From Candidatus Saccharimonadota bacterium (GTDB lineage Bacteria > Patescibacteriota > Gracilibacteria > UBA4473): a stretch of DNA of 32,000 bases. The notes below the pieces were generated by a model. It saw only the letters and a list, made by a program, of their open reading frames with translations, was not told where the DNA came from and did no database searches. How positions within the stretch are numbered: position 1 is the first letter of the stretch; each line of letters begins with the position of its first letter. This document shows positions 1 through 8,465 of this stretch, piece by piece. Both the position numbers and the translations under genes were made by a program. The stretch covers positions 600,001-632,000 of the forward strand of contig OY781871.1 of NCBI GenBank assembly GCA_963677105.1. Direction: 5' to 3'.

Positions 1-1
1 T

Positions 2-652
2 CGACCACGTCGCGGAGGAGGAAGAGGAGGGAGAAAGCCAAGAGAAGCGAAAGAATTTGAAGAAGCAATTTTACAAATTGATCGTGTTACTCGTGTGGTA
101 AAAGGAGGGCGACGTCTTCGTTTTCGATTAACAGTAGTTATCGGAGATAAAAAAGGACGAGTTGGATTTGGAATTGGAAAATCTGCCGAGGTTATGACAG
201 CTATTCAAAAAGCTGTTGTACAAGCAAAACGGAACATGATTACTGTTCCAATGAATAAAGGAACGTTGCCACACGCTGCAAATGCACAATTTAAAGCGTC
301 TCGGGTTTTATTATTTCCTGCACCAGAAGGTAAGGGAGTTATTGCTGGAGGAGCCGTTCGTAAAATTTTAGAACTTGCTGGAGTGAGAGATGTTTTATCT
401 AAATCTCATGGTTCACGAAATAAATTAAATGTAGCATGCGCAACATTTAACGCATTACAATCACTTGAGACAGCAAAGAATCCTGGAGCAAAAATTACAA
501 AAGAAGATGTAGCAATGGAAGAAAAGGTTGAAGAGAAAAAAGAACAGACAACAAAAGAAACTCCAAAGAAAGTGGCAGAAACAAAAAATCCTGCCAAAAA
601 ACCAGCAGCGAAAAAACCAGCTGCAAAGAAAACTGATTCAGAGAAAAAATGA
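2..652 (+). CDS. rpsE: 30S ribosomal protein uS5, 5'-truncated by the window edge, with a K/A/P/E-rich C-terminal tail
   Basis: The frame of the listed 95..652 ORF stays open to nt 2 (RPRRGGGRGGRKPREAKEFEEAILQIDRVTRVVKGGRRLRF...), so the gene starts upstream of the window rather than at GTG 95. The core GRVGFGIGKSAEV...GKGVIAGGAVRKILELAGVRD is the uS5 signature. The TGA stop overlaps the rplO ATG (ATGA). Confidence 0.93.
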   Translation, partial: RPRRGGGRGGRKPREAKEFEEAILQIDRVTRVVKGGRRLRFRLTVVIGDKKGRVGFGIGKSAEVMTAIQKAVVQAKRNMITVPMNKGTLPHAANAQFKASRVLLFPAPEGKGVIAGGAVRKILELAGVRDVLSKSHGSRNKLNVACATFNALQSLETAKNPGAKITKEDVAMEEKVEEKKEQTTKETPKKVAETKNPAKKPAAKKPAAKKTDSEKK

Positions 653-1086
653 ATTTATTAAGTAAATTGGCTCCGAAGGTCGCTAAAAAAGCGAAAATGC
701 GAAAAGGTCAGGGAAATGGGACAAAAGGAACATTTGCTGGTCGAGGGAAAAACGGACAAAATTGCCGAGCAGGTGGGGGAGTTCGTCCTGGATTTGAAGG
801 AGGACAAAGTGGACTTCTTATGCGTATGCCAAAATTGCGAGGCTTCAAAAATCCTAATCGAGTTGAAGCACAAGTCGTCAATCTTGATAAGATTGAACTT
901 ACATTCAAAGATGGCGCAGATGTAAATGTAGTGTCTCTGGCCGAAGCAGGATTAATTCGTAAGAATAATGCTAAAATTAAAATTTTGGGAGATGGAGAAA
1001 TTACAAAAAAAATAAATGTAGAAGGAGTGCTTGTGTCAAAAAGTGCGAAAGCAGCTATTGAAAAAGCAGGAGGAACGGTAAAATAA
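649..1086 (+). CDS. rplO: 50S ribosomal protein uL15
   Basis: KGQGNGTKGTFAGRGKNGQ...GGVRPGFEGGQSGLLMRMPKLRGF is the glycine/basic uL15 N-terminal signature. It is translationally coupled to rpsE by the ATGA overlap. Confidence 0.93.
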   Translation: MNLLSKLAPKVAKKAKMRKGQGNGTKGTFAGRGKNGQNCRAGGGVRPGFEGGQSGLLMRMPKLRGFKNPNRVEAQVVNLDKIELTFKDGADVNVVSLAEAGLIRKNNAKIKILGDGEITKKINVEGVLVSKSAKAAIEKAGGTVK

Positions 1087-1108
1087 ATTTTCAGTAAAAT
1101 GAAAACGG

Positions 1109-1136
1109 AGAGCTTCATCACGTGAGGCTCTTTTTT
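1109..1136 (+). terminator. Rho-independent terminator after rplO
   Basis: The stem AGAGCTTCA (1109-1117) pairs with TGAGGCTCT (1123-1131), giving 9 bp with one G.U and the loop TCACG. A T5 run (1132-1136) follows. Confidence 0.7.
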
Positions 1137-1197
1137 GTTACTGGAATTTATTTGAGAAAAAAAGGGTTTAGTTGTTCGGTTCGATACAGAGGAAAAC

Positions 1198-1226
1198 TTG
1201 ACTTTTAAGTGCTTCGTCGCTACATT
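1198..1226 (+). promoter_or_regulatory. Putative sigma70-type promoter of guaB
   Basis: TTGACT (1198-1203), a 17-nt spacer, then TACATT (1221-1226). A TATAAA alternative lies at 1228-1233. Confidence 0.4.
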
Positions 1227-1258
1227 TTATAAAATTTTTCTGACAAACTTTGAAAATC

Positions 1259-2728
1259 ATGAAAACAATTCGTACAGCGCTCACATTTGATGACGTATTA
1301 CTCGTTCCTCAGTATTCTGAAATATTACCGAATCAGGTAGATCCTAGTACGAAGTTTACACGAAATATTGATATAAAAATCCCACTTGTTTCTTCTGCGA
1401 TGGACACAGTGACAGAATCAGACATGGCGATTACAATGGCTCTTTTGGGAGGAATTGGAGTAATTCATAAAAATTGTACGCCAGATGAACAAGCGTCAAT
1501 GGTACGAAAAGTGAAACGTTTTGAAAACGGATTTATTCATGAGCCACTTGTCCTTTCTCCAACACATAAAATTACAGATGTGATTAATATTCGAAAAGAG
1601 AAACACTTCAAATCGATTCCTATAACAGTGGACGGAACATTAGCTACAAAAGTAATTGGAATGGTTTCTCGAAATGATTACCTGGAAAAGAAACATTCAA
1701 CTTGTACGTGTGAAGAACGAATGACACCAATTGAAGATTTACTTACAGCCAAAACTCCGTTAACCCTTTCAAAAGCCAATGATGTATTAGAAGAATCAAA
1801 ACATTCAAAGCTTTTGATTTTAAATAACGATGGGACGCTACATGCGTTGATTACTCGTCGAGATTTGGAGCAAAATGAAATGTTTCCATTAGCGACAAAA
1901 GATTCTCGAAAACGATTACGTGTTGCAGCAGCATGTGGACCAGCTCACAATCGAGACGAACGAGTAAAAAAATTGGTAACGGCAGGAGTTGATGTTTTAG
2001 TTGTAGACACAGCTCATGGACACTCAAAAGGAGTGCTTGATACAGTAAAATATATAAAAGACAATTATCCAGATGTAGATGTTATCGGAGGAAATATCGC
2101 AACAGCAAAAGCAGCAGAAGCACTTATTAAGGCTGGAGTAGATGGAGTAAAAGTAGGAATTGGACCAGGATCAATTTGTACCACTCGTGTTGTCGCTGGA
2201 ATTGGAGTTCCTCAATTATCAGCCATTATGGACGTAGCAGAAGTTTGTAAAAAATCAGGAATTACACTTATTGCAGATGGAGGAGTTCGTTATTCTGGAG
2301 ACGTAGCAAAAGCACTTGCTGCAGGAGCGAGTTCAGTCATGATTGGATCATTACTTGCAGGAACAACACAAGCACCAGGAGAGCTTATTTACTCAGGAGG
2401 AAAAACATATAAATATTATCGAGGAATGGGATCAATGGCAGCAATGACTTGTGGAGGAAAAGAACGATACGCACAAGCAAATGTTGCAAATGACAAACTT
2501 GTTCCAGAGGGAATTGAAGGAAAAGTATTATTCAAGGGAGATGCTTCTGGAGAAATTTTCCAACTGACTGGAGGAGTTCGAAGTTCAATGGGATATACAG
2601 GAGCAGGAACAATTGAAGATTTTCAGAAACTGTCTGAATTTGTTCAAATTACAGCCGCTTCATTAAAAGAATCTCATCCACACGATATTTCTATTCTCAA
2701 AGAAGCACCGAATTATCGAGGACAATAG
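1259..2728 (+). CDS. guaB: IMP dehydrogenase with a CBS-pair insert
   Basis: Diagnostic motifs are [15 protein letters not shown] at the N-terminus, the catalytic loop [11 protein letters not shown], and [18 protein letters not shown] chose ATG 1259; the listed ORF begins at TTG 1250, three codons upstream. Confidence 0.93.
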   Translation: MKTIRTALTFDDVLLVPQYSEILPNQVDPSTKFTRNIDIKIPLVSSAMDTVTESDMAITMALLGGIGVIHKNCTPDEQASMVRKVKRFENGFIHEPLVLSPTHKITDVINIRKEKHFKSIPITVDGTLATKVIGMVSRNDYLEKKHSTCTCEERMTPIEDLLTAKTPLTLSKANDVLEESKHSKLLILNNDGTLHALITRRDLEQNEMFPLATKDSRKRLRVAAACGPAHNRDERVKKLVTAGVDVLVVDTAHGHSKGVLDTVKYIKDNYPDVDVIGGNIATAKAAEALIKAGVDGVKVGIGPGSICTTRVVAGIGVPQLSAIMDVAEVCKKSGITLIADGGVRYSGDVAKALAAGASSVMIGSLLAGTTQAPGELIYSGGKTYKYYRGMGSMAAMTCGGKERYAQANVANDKLVPEGIEGKVLFKGDASGEIFQLTGGVRSSMGYTGAGTIEDFQKLSEFVQITAASLKESHPHDISILKEAPNYRGQ

Positions 2729-2731
2729 ATT

Positions 2732-2799
2732 CAAATTACAAAGTTCAAATTACAAATTGCAAAAGTTTTGCTCTCTGATTTTTGTACTTTGTACATTGG
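2732..2799. repeat. Heptad-phased inverted-repeat element between convergent genes, copy A
   Basis: Five phased heptads CAAATTA CAAAGTT CAAATTA CAAATTG CAAAAGT occupy 2732-2766. A spacer TTTGCTCTCTGA follows, then the inverted heptads TTTTTGT ACTTTGT ACATTGG (2779-2799). The arms pair imperfectly, at about 15 of 20 positions by hand alignment. Confidence 0.6.
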
Positions 2800-2801
2800 C
2801 T

Positions 2802-5450
2802 TTATGTTGCGATATTTCTTCGTTCTCCGTTTGCCCAAGTTGCAGCTTTTGTTCCTGCAGTTGAGAGATTGAGTACTACAAATTGTGCATCTGGTTGAGT
2901 ATGTGGAACACGGATTACCGCATTTCGATTATTTCGTACGTTTTCCGGTTTTTCCCAACTTTCTGCGATAACACGTCCTTCTTTTTCACGAATTAATACA
3001 ATGTGCGTATCGTTATGGAAGATCATATTTGCGCTAATACACTTTTCGTTTTTCATTTGTGGAGTAGATCGATAGAGCGTTAGATTTTCGAAAACTTCAC
3101 GATTTCCCAAAGAATCAGGAAAGCATAATTCACCATCGGTATTTGTGACATCAGCAACATCTAACTTATTTAAGACCATTCCTGATTCAGGAGCATGTTC
3201 AATTATCATGTCGCCATCTTCATCTTTTTTACGAGAGAGCAGAGTGTTCATCTGATGAGACATATTCGCTGACAGTGCTTTTTCAAATTTAGATTCTCTT
3301 TCAGCCTGAAGGCTTTGTTGCATTCGTTGTTGCATGAGACCATTGAAGTCATGAACAATGATTCCTGCATCAATATCGTCTCGTTCAGGAATAGCATCTA
3401 ATGCAGCTTGTAATTCTCGTCCGATATTTAACATTCCAGCGAATCCTTCAGCGGTTCCCGGAAGATCAAAGTGTCTATTTGTTAAGTCTTGTTTTGCATT
3501 ATCCCAGTCTTGTACTCGTTTAAAAATTTCTGAACGAGCGGCTTCTAGTGCTGCAAAATCCTCTTTGCTAAAATTGAATCCAGCACCGCCACTTGCTCCC
3601 ACCATTTCGCTCAAACGGTCAGCAATGCTTTGTGCTCGAGTTCTTTCTGATTCCAATAATTCATCACTTGGTGGTAAGTTTTTCAGCACTTCATCAACAT
3701 ACACTCTTCGTTGTTCCTGAAGAGAGGCAATAATTTCTTTCATTTTCGTAGAAAGTCCTTTGAAGTCTTGTAATCCTTTTATTAAATCTTGCTCATCTTG
3801 TGGCATTTTTGTAATAATTTCTGACAGGGAACCAGACACGCCATCTTCTCCGAAAAATTCTTCAAAAGTAGACGTAAAAGTAGTCATCGTTTGAAGCTTT
3901 TCATTGATTTCATTTGGATTTTCACTTCGCATAGCATTGTCTATATTTGCAAGCGCGGCGATTGCTCCATGAGCAGCATTTCGAACAATATTTGCATTAT
4001 TTAAAATATAACGTCGTTGAGCAGGAGTTCCATCTTCTGCTTGAGATCCTTGCGCTAATTGTTCTACTTCTCGTGCGTGTGTGTCTTGTATCCACGTGTA
4101 TACTGTTCGTTTAAAATTCATTGAACATCGTGGATCATTCAAAATTTCTTGATTGTTTGCCAAAAATTGAAGCAAAAGCGTCAATCGTTCTGACATCGTG
4201 AGGCCCACTGGAGCGTCTCGAAAAATATCGCGTCTTGTATCGATACCAAGTCGACGAAGGCCAGTCATAAATATCTTTAACACTTCTTTCTCTTCTTTTT
4301 TTTCATCTCCTTCAAATGTTTGTACTCGATAACGTTCCAATATTCGATATAATCCTTCAAAATCAGTATTTTCAAGTGCATTACTTGTTAACGTTTCTCG
4401 TCGATCCATATTTGAAATCAATATTTCTTGATCAAATGTTAATTGCTGAGATCGCTCTAATTCAACAACCTTCTTTGAAAACTTAGATTTAATGGCATCC
4501 AGAATTCGCACTCGATTAGTCGTTCCAAATGCATCATTTAGATTCACAGCTCCTATCCATCGATTCGATAAAAATCCGTCCGGATCTTTAATTACACTTT
4601 GAACAAATCCCCAAAATCGTCCTTCAGCACTAGAATCATTCTTATTTCGCATTCTTTCTTGATACATATCAATAGCGTTTGTAGTGTCCTGTAATTGCTT
4701 CGTTAGTTGCTCTTCAACACGTTTCATATTTGCACAGACTTCTTTTCGTGCATCTTCAAGATTCTTTATAATTCTTTCTGATCGTTTTAAATATCTTTCT
4801 TCTCGTCCAAGACTAATATCTGTAAATTTACGAAATGGTTCACGTGTATTTAAAGCATTTATTCCCAATTCTTTTGCAATATTTACATCGTTTAATATTC
4901 GCTCAAAAAGTTGGTCAATTGCAGGACCTAATAAACAAAACGTGTCCCAAGACGTCTTTTTTATACTTGATTCTTTTCCACTTGAAATAGCGGATAAAGT
5001 TGCTTTTTGAGTATGATTTAATAGTGCAGATTTCACTCCAGTAGAAAGCAAAATAGAATCATCTAACATATTTCCTAGTTGTGGAGCAGCATTTTTAATA
5101 TTTCCAAGAATAGAGCCTTTTGTAAACAATGTTATATTCGCCAAAAGAACAGGATTAATTGCCTGTCTTTCAAATTGTGCACCAAATAAAACTCCCATAG
5201 GGTTTCCTGGAGTTCGTAAATTTCTTTGTCGTTCTTCAGCCAATCCTGTTCTGGTTGCAGAACCACTAATAACTTCATCAACATCATCGGAAACTTGTTC
5301 TGTTTCAAAAGCAACAGAACCAGCTGTTTCGAATGGATCAAAAGAAAATTCTTCATGAGAATTTTGTTCTAAATCAAGTGCTGGTTCAGCTTCCCATACG
5401 TACCGAGAAGAGAGATTTTCTGTCCGAGGGTGTTGCCATAGATTTTTCAT
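2802..5450 (-). CDS. Hypothetical 882-aa protein, mostly alpha-helical, with no signal peptide or TM segment
   Basis: The ORF is long and uninterrupted with native codon usage. I recognise no P-loop, HExxH or other catalytic motif. The composition shifts to beta-type in the last ~120 aa. Confidence 0.8.
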   Translation of the reverse strand: MKNLWQHPRTENLSSRYVWEAEPALDLEQNSHEEFSFDPFETAGSVAFETEQVSDDVDEVISGSATRTGLAEERQRNLRTPGNPMGVLFGAQFERQAINPVLLANITLFTKGSILGNIKNAAPQLGNMLDDSILLSTGVKSALLNHTQKATLSAISSGKESSIKKTSWDTFCLLGPAIDQLFERILNDVNIAKELGINALNTREPFRKFTDISLGREERYLKRSERIIKNLEDARKEVCANMKRVEEQLTKQLQDTTNAIDMYQERMRNKNDSSAEGRFWGFVQSVIKDPDGFLSNRWIGAVNLNDAFGTTNRVRILDAIKSKFSKKVVELERSQQLTFDQEILISNMDRRETLTSNALENTDFEGLYRILERYRVQTFEGDEKKEEKEVLKIFMTGLRRLGIDTRRDIFRDAPVGLTMSERLTLLLQFLANNQEILNDPRCSMNFKRTVYTWIQDTHAREVEQLAQGSQAEDGTPAQRRYILNNANIVRNAAHGAIAALANIDNAMRSENPNEINEKLQTMTTFTSTFEEFFGEDGVSGSLSEIITKMPQDEQDLIKGLQDFKGLSTKMKEIIASLQEQRRVYVDEVLKNLPPSDELLESERTRAQSIADRLSEMVGASGGAGFNFSKEDFAALEAARSEIFKRVQDWDNAKQDLTNRHFDLPGTAEGFAGMLNIGRELQAALDAIPERDDIDAGIIVHDFNGLMQQRMQQSLQAERESKFEKALSANMSHQMNTLLSRKKDEDGDMIIEHAPESGMVLNKLDVADVTNTDGELCFPDSLGNREVFENLTLYRSTPQMKNEKCISANMIFHNDTHIVLIREKEGRVIAESWEKPENVRNNRNAVIRVPHTQPDAQFVVLNLSTAGTKAATWANGERRNIAT

Positions 5451-5486
5451 CTACATCTTAATACAACACTTTTAAACAAAAGTCAA
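5451..5486 (-). promoter_or_regulatory. Internal promoter with leaderless geometry for the 882-aa gene
   Basis: On the minus strand: TTGACT (5486-5481), 17 nt, TATTAA (5463-5458), 7 nt (GATGTAG), then ATG at 5450. The element fills the whole 36-nt gap after the 135-aa gene's stop codon. Confidence 0.6.
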
Positions 5487-5894
5487 TTAAATATCTGATC
5501 GAGCTTGTTCTGCAATAGCTTTTGCTAATTCTTGTTCGTTTGATTCTTCGTCTAGATTCTCTTTTTGTTTTGCTGCACGGAATTCATTACAGAATTTATC
5601 TGCGATTCGCTGCATTTCTTCTTCAGCATTTTTTACATCTTGTTCTTCCATTTTTGGAATATCGTCTTCAAGGGACCGAATCGTTTTATTTACACGATCA
5701 AATTCTACAAGATGACGTTTTTGATTGTCTTCTAAATGTGCCAGTGTTTCATCAATAAATTTTGCTGCTTTTTCATCAATTCCTCCAACTTCAATCACAT
5801 GAGCTATAAAATCTCGTCGTGTGTAAATAGAAATTTCCTCTAGGTTTGTGAACCAATCAAGAAATGTTTCGAATTCAGCTGAAATATTTGTCAT
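5487..5894 (-). CDS. Hypothetical small acidic helical protein (135 aa)
   Basis: The ORF sits between the two giant genes, 11 nt after the 794-aa stop. It is rich in E/D with no TM segment, and I recognise no family. Confidence 0.7.
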   Translation of the reverse strand: MTNISAEFETFLDWFTNLEEISIYTRRDFIAHVIEVGGIDEKAAKFIDETLAHLEDNQKRHLVEFDRVNKTIRSLEDDIPKMEEQDVKNAEEEMQRIADKFCNEFRAAKQKENLDEESNEQELAKAIAEQARSDI

Positions 5895-5905
5895 TTTTAA
5901 TAAAG

Positions 5906-8290
5906 TTACACTCCGATTTTGTAGTTAAGAGCAATTGCGCTATCCCACGCACCTGAAACAGTTGGATCAGGAATTGTGTGACTTCCACTCGTTTTGGAAA
6001 CTTTTGCGTTCTTATACGCAGCTCCATTTTTTGCTATTGGACCGAGAATAGTAATAACTTTTCCAGGATTCGCTCCTGCTGCTTTTTTCTCAAGTATTAC
6101 TCCTTTTTCATTTGATTGAATTACAATAAATTCTTCTGTGTCAGTATTATTTAATTGATCTGGAAATCGTAGACTTGATGCCGCTGTTTTTTTATACGTT
6201 ATTTCTACTTTTGTTCCTTTTGATACGCTTTTCAATTGTTCAAATTGATCATTTTTTTCTAGCTGTTCTACGAATTTTTTATCGAGTTCATCACCAAATG
6301 ATTCAGCACGCATTTTTTGCATAATTCGTTCATCAAGTGTTCCTAGTGATGGATTTATTTCACTTGAAATAGAAAGCGCTTTAGCGGTAAGTGCACTTAA
6401 CTGTCCTTGAATTCGGATAAATTCAGAAGAAAAATCGTGTAAATCACTGTGTTTATTTTTACTTTCGAGATAGCTTTTGTTCGCAAGGTCTCTTTCCGCC
6501 TGCAATCCTTGAATAATTCTTTGGAAAACTTGTGCAGCATATGAGCTCGTTGGAGTTGGCTTTGCCAGTTCAGTATTGAGGCGCGCTGTTGCATCGTCTA
6601 ATACGGTTTTTAAATTTGTTGTAGTTTTATTGTGATCTAGTTTTTCGTGCTTGTCTTTCTTCCACTGGCTAGCAATTTTTACCAGTTTTTCTCGAATAGG
6701 TTCTATTTGTGCAAACCCTTCTTCAAGAGACTTTTTATCTTTTTCAGGGAAATTTTCTAAGGACTGCACTAAATTTTCAAACTTTTGTTTTTGGGTGAAG
6801 ATTTTATTCGACAAATCTATCACCATATTTTGTGTTGCTTCAAAGTCAGAGATCGCGTCTCCAATTTTTCTTTTAGAAAGTTCCTTGAAACAATCAGAAG
6901 CTTCTTTTGTTAGAGATCCAGCATTTCCATCGAATAGTTTTTCAAAATTTTCTACAGCTGATTTATTAGCACTTTCCCATCGGATAATATTTCCTCCTGT
7001 TTGAGAGTCCATGTCATTAATCCATGCAAGCAATGATTGTCGAGTACTTACTTGCAACTTTTTATCGGCATCAATTGTGTGAATTTTTTTCACTAACAAA
7101 ATTAATTTTACTGAATCAGTCAATAAATTCGCTTTATTAATATTCAGTGTTCCTGATGAATAAATATCCTCCAAATTTATGGTGCTATCACTGGCTAATT
7201 CGTTTTCGATTTTTTGCACTAAATCTGAAATAGAGGGAACAGTCGCTCCTTCTGTTAGTAAATCTTTAAATCCAGGTCGAGATTTAATGTTTTCAAATTC
7301 AAAGTCCGTAGTATCTTTCAAAATATCTTGCTGTTCTCGTGCAGACGCAATCATTTCATCTTGCTGCATCTGTTTTGCTCGTGATATTCCCACAATTCCC
7401 AGATCTTTTTTCACAAAATCAAGTCCTTGTGCGGCCTCAAGAAAATTAATTTTTTCCTGCGGATCAGTAATTCCCCAATGAACACTGAGATCAACACTTG
7501 CAAGATTTCCAGAGTCTTTTCGCAAAGCGGTAATTAAATCGGATTGAAGTGCGGCTTTCTCGTCAGGATCTGCAGCAGCAGCTAGTGTACGACGAATGTG
7601 AGCTTGCGTTGGTGCAATTCGTTTTCCAACACGACTCTCTAGTCGTTCAATATTTTTATTTATCCGATCAAATCGTTTTGTCATTGATTTCTCGAGCGCA
7701 CTATTAAACCATTCTTGTCGTTTTTCAGTTCGAACCAAATGATATGCACCAAGCGTTCCAATAGTGAGAGCTTTGTGTCCAGCTTTTGACCACCATCCTC
7801 GATTTTTAATAGTTTCAGCTTGTCGACGAACCATTTCTTCTCGTTGTGCATTTGCCTCTTCCATTGCACTCACAGTGAATCCTTTCAGAGTTTCTAATGT
7901 TTGTAGAGAATGAATTCCTCCTGCACGAATATTTTGGATTTGTGCTAAAACATCGTTTGCCGTGTACGAAAGAATTTGACTTTCCAAAATGGCAGCAGAA
8001 GAACTTCTTGAACTTGATTGATATTCTGCAGCAGATCTATCAACAACATCAAAAACTCGTCGAGTAACCAATCGTGACCATCCCCACGGATCGATGCTTC
8101 TTGAGCTGAGGTTTTCATTAAAAAATTCATCTAATCCACCGGTAGAAGCATTTACAGAAATCTCTTTAATTCGTCCTTCGGCTATTTCTGATTGCATTTG
8201 CAAGCGTTCCTCTCCGTGTTTCTCGGAAAGATGGAGATCATCAGGGCTAATTGCCTGTTCTGAGTGATCATAACTTTTTAAATCAGTCAT
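5906..8290 (-). CDS. Hypothetical 794-aa protein, mostly alpha-helical, with no signal peptide or TM segment
   Basis: The ORF is long with native codon usage and no recognisable catalytic motif. The last ~100 aa are beta-type and resemble the C-terminus of the 882-aa protein. Confidence 0.8.
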   Translation of the reverse strand: MTDLKSYDHSEQAISPDDLHLSEKHGEERLQMQSEIAEGRIKEISVNASTGGLDEFFNENLSSRSIDPWGWSRLVTRRVFDVVDRSAAEYQSSSRSSSAAILESQILSYTANDVLAQIQNIRAGGIHSLQTLETLKGFTVSAMEEANAQREEMVRRQAETIKNRGWWSKAGHKALTIGTLGAYHLVRTEKRQEWFNSALEKSMTKRFDRINKNIERLESRVGKRIAPTQAHIRRTLAAAADPDEKAALQSDLITALRKDSGNLASVDLSVHWGITDPQEKINFLEAAQGLDFVKKDLGIVGISRAKQMQQDEMIASAREQQDILKDTTDFEFENIKSRPGFKDLLTEGATVPSISDLVQKIENELASDSTINLEDIYSSGTLNINKANLLTDSVKLILLVKKIHTIDADKKLQVSTRQSLLAWINDMDSQTGGNIIRWESANKSAVENFEKLFDGNAGSLTKEASDCFKELSKRKIGDAISDFEATQNMVIDLSNKIFTQKQKFENLVQSLENFPEKDKKSLEEGFAQIEPIREKLVKIASQWKKDKHEKLDHNKTTTNLKTVLDDATARLNTELAKPTPTSSYAAQVFQRIIQGLQAERDLANKSYLESKNKHSDLHDFSSEFIRIQGQLSALTAKALSISSEINPSLGTLDERIMQKMRAESFGDELDKKFVEQLEKNDQFEQLKSVSKGTKVEITYKKTAASSLRFPDQLNNTDTEEFIVIQSNEKGVILEKKAAGANPGKVITILGPIAKNGAAYKNAKVSKTSGSHTIPDPTVSGAWDSAIALNYKIGV

Positions 8291-8311
8291 TTTATTTAAA
8301 TAAATCAGGTA

Positions 8312-8340
8312 ATTTTACCCTATTTCATCAAATAAATCAA
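8312..8340 (-). promoter_or_regulatory. Promoter of the 794-aa/135-aa(/882-aa) cluster
   Basis: On the minus strand: TTGATT (8340-8335), 17 nt, TAAAAT (8317-8312). An AT-rich 21-nt leader without a Shine-Dalgarno site precedes ATG 8290. Confidence 0.6.
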
Positions 8341-8354
8341 GAGTTCGCGTTGCT

Positions 8355-8433
8355 CAAAAGTACAAATTACAAATATCAAAGTTCAAAAACTTTTTTGCTT
8401 TTAAATTTGTACTTTGCACTTTGTTATTTTAAG
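8355..8433. repeat. Heptad-phased inverted-repeat element, copy B
   Basis: CAAAAGTA CAAATTA CAAATAT CAAAGTT CAAAAAC occupy 8355-8390. The spacer is TTTTTTGCTTTTAAA, followed by TTTGTAC TTTGCAC TTTGTTA TTTTAAG (8406-8433). It shares the ...TTTTGCT...TTTGTACTTTG[T/C]AC... core with copy A. Confidence 0.6.
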
Positions 8434-8465
8434 CGAAGCGCCTTTGTAATTTGGAGTATTCGTGA

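Noticed and set aside
3358-7481. Plus-strand ORFs of 100-120 aa (3358..3720, 4684..5010, 6651..7004, 7179..7481) inside the giant minus-strand genes.
   Set aside because: They are shadow ORFs antisense to much longer ORFs. Their translations are Ser/Phe/Ile/Cys-rich and low-complexity, as expected from the antisense of E/K-rich coding sequence. The same reasoning applies to 708..1121(-), 30233..30787(-), 20402..21082(-) and similar entries.
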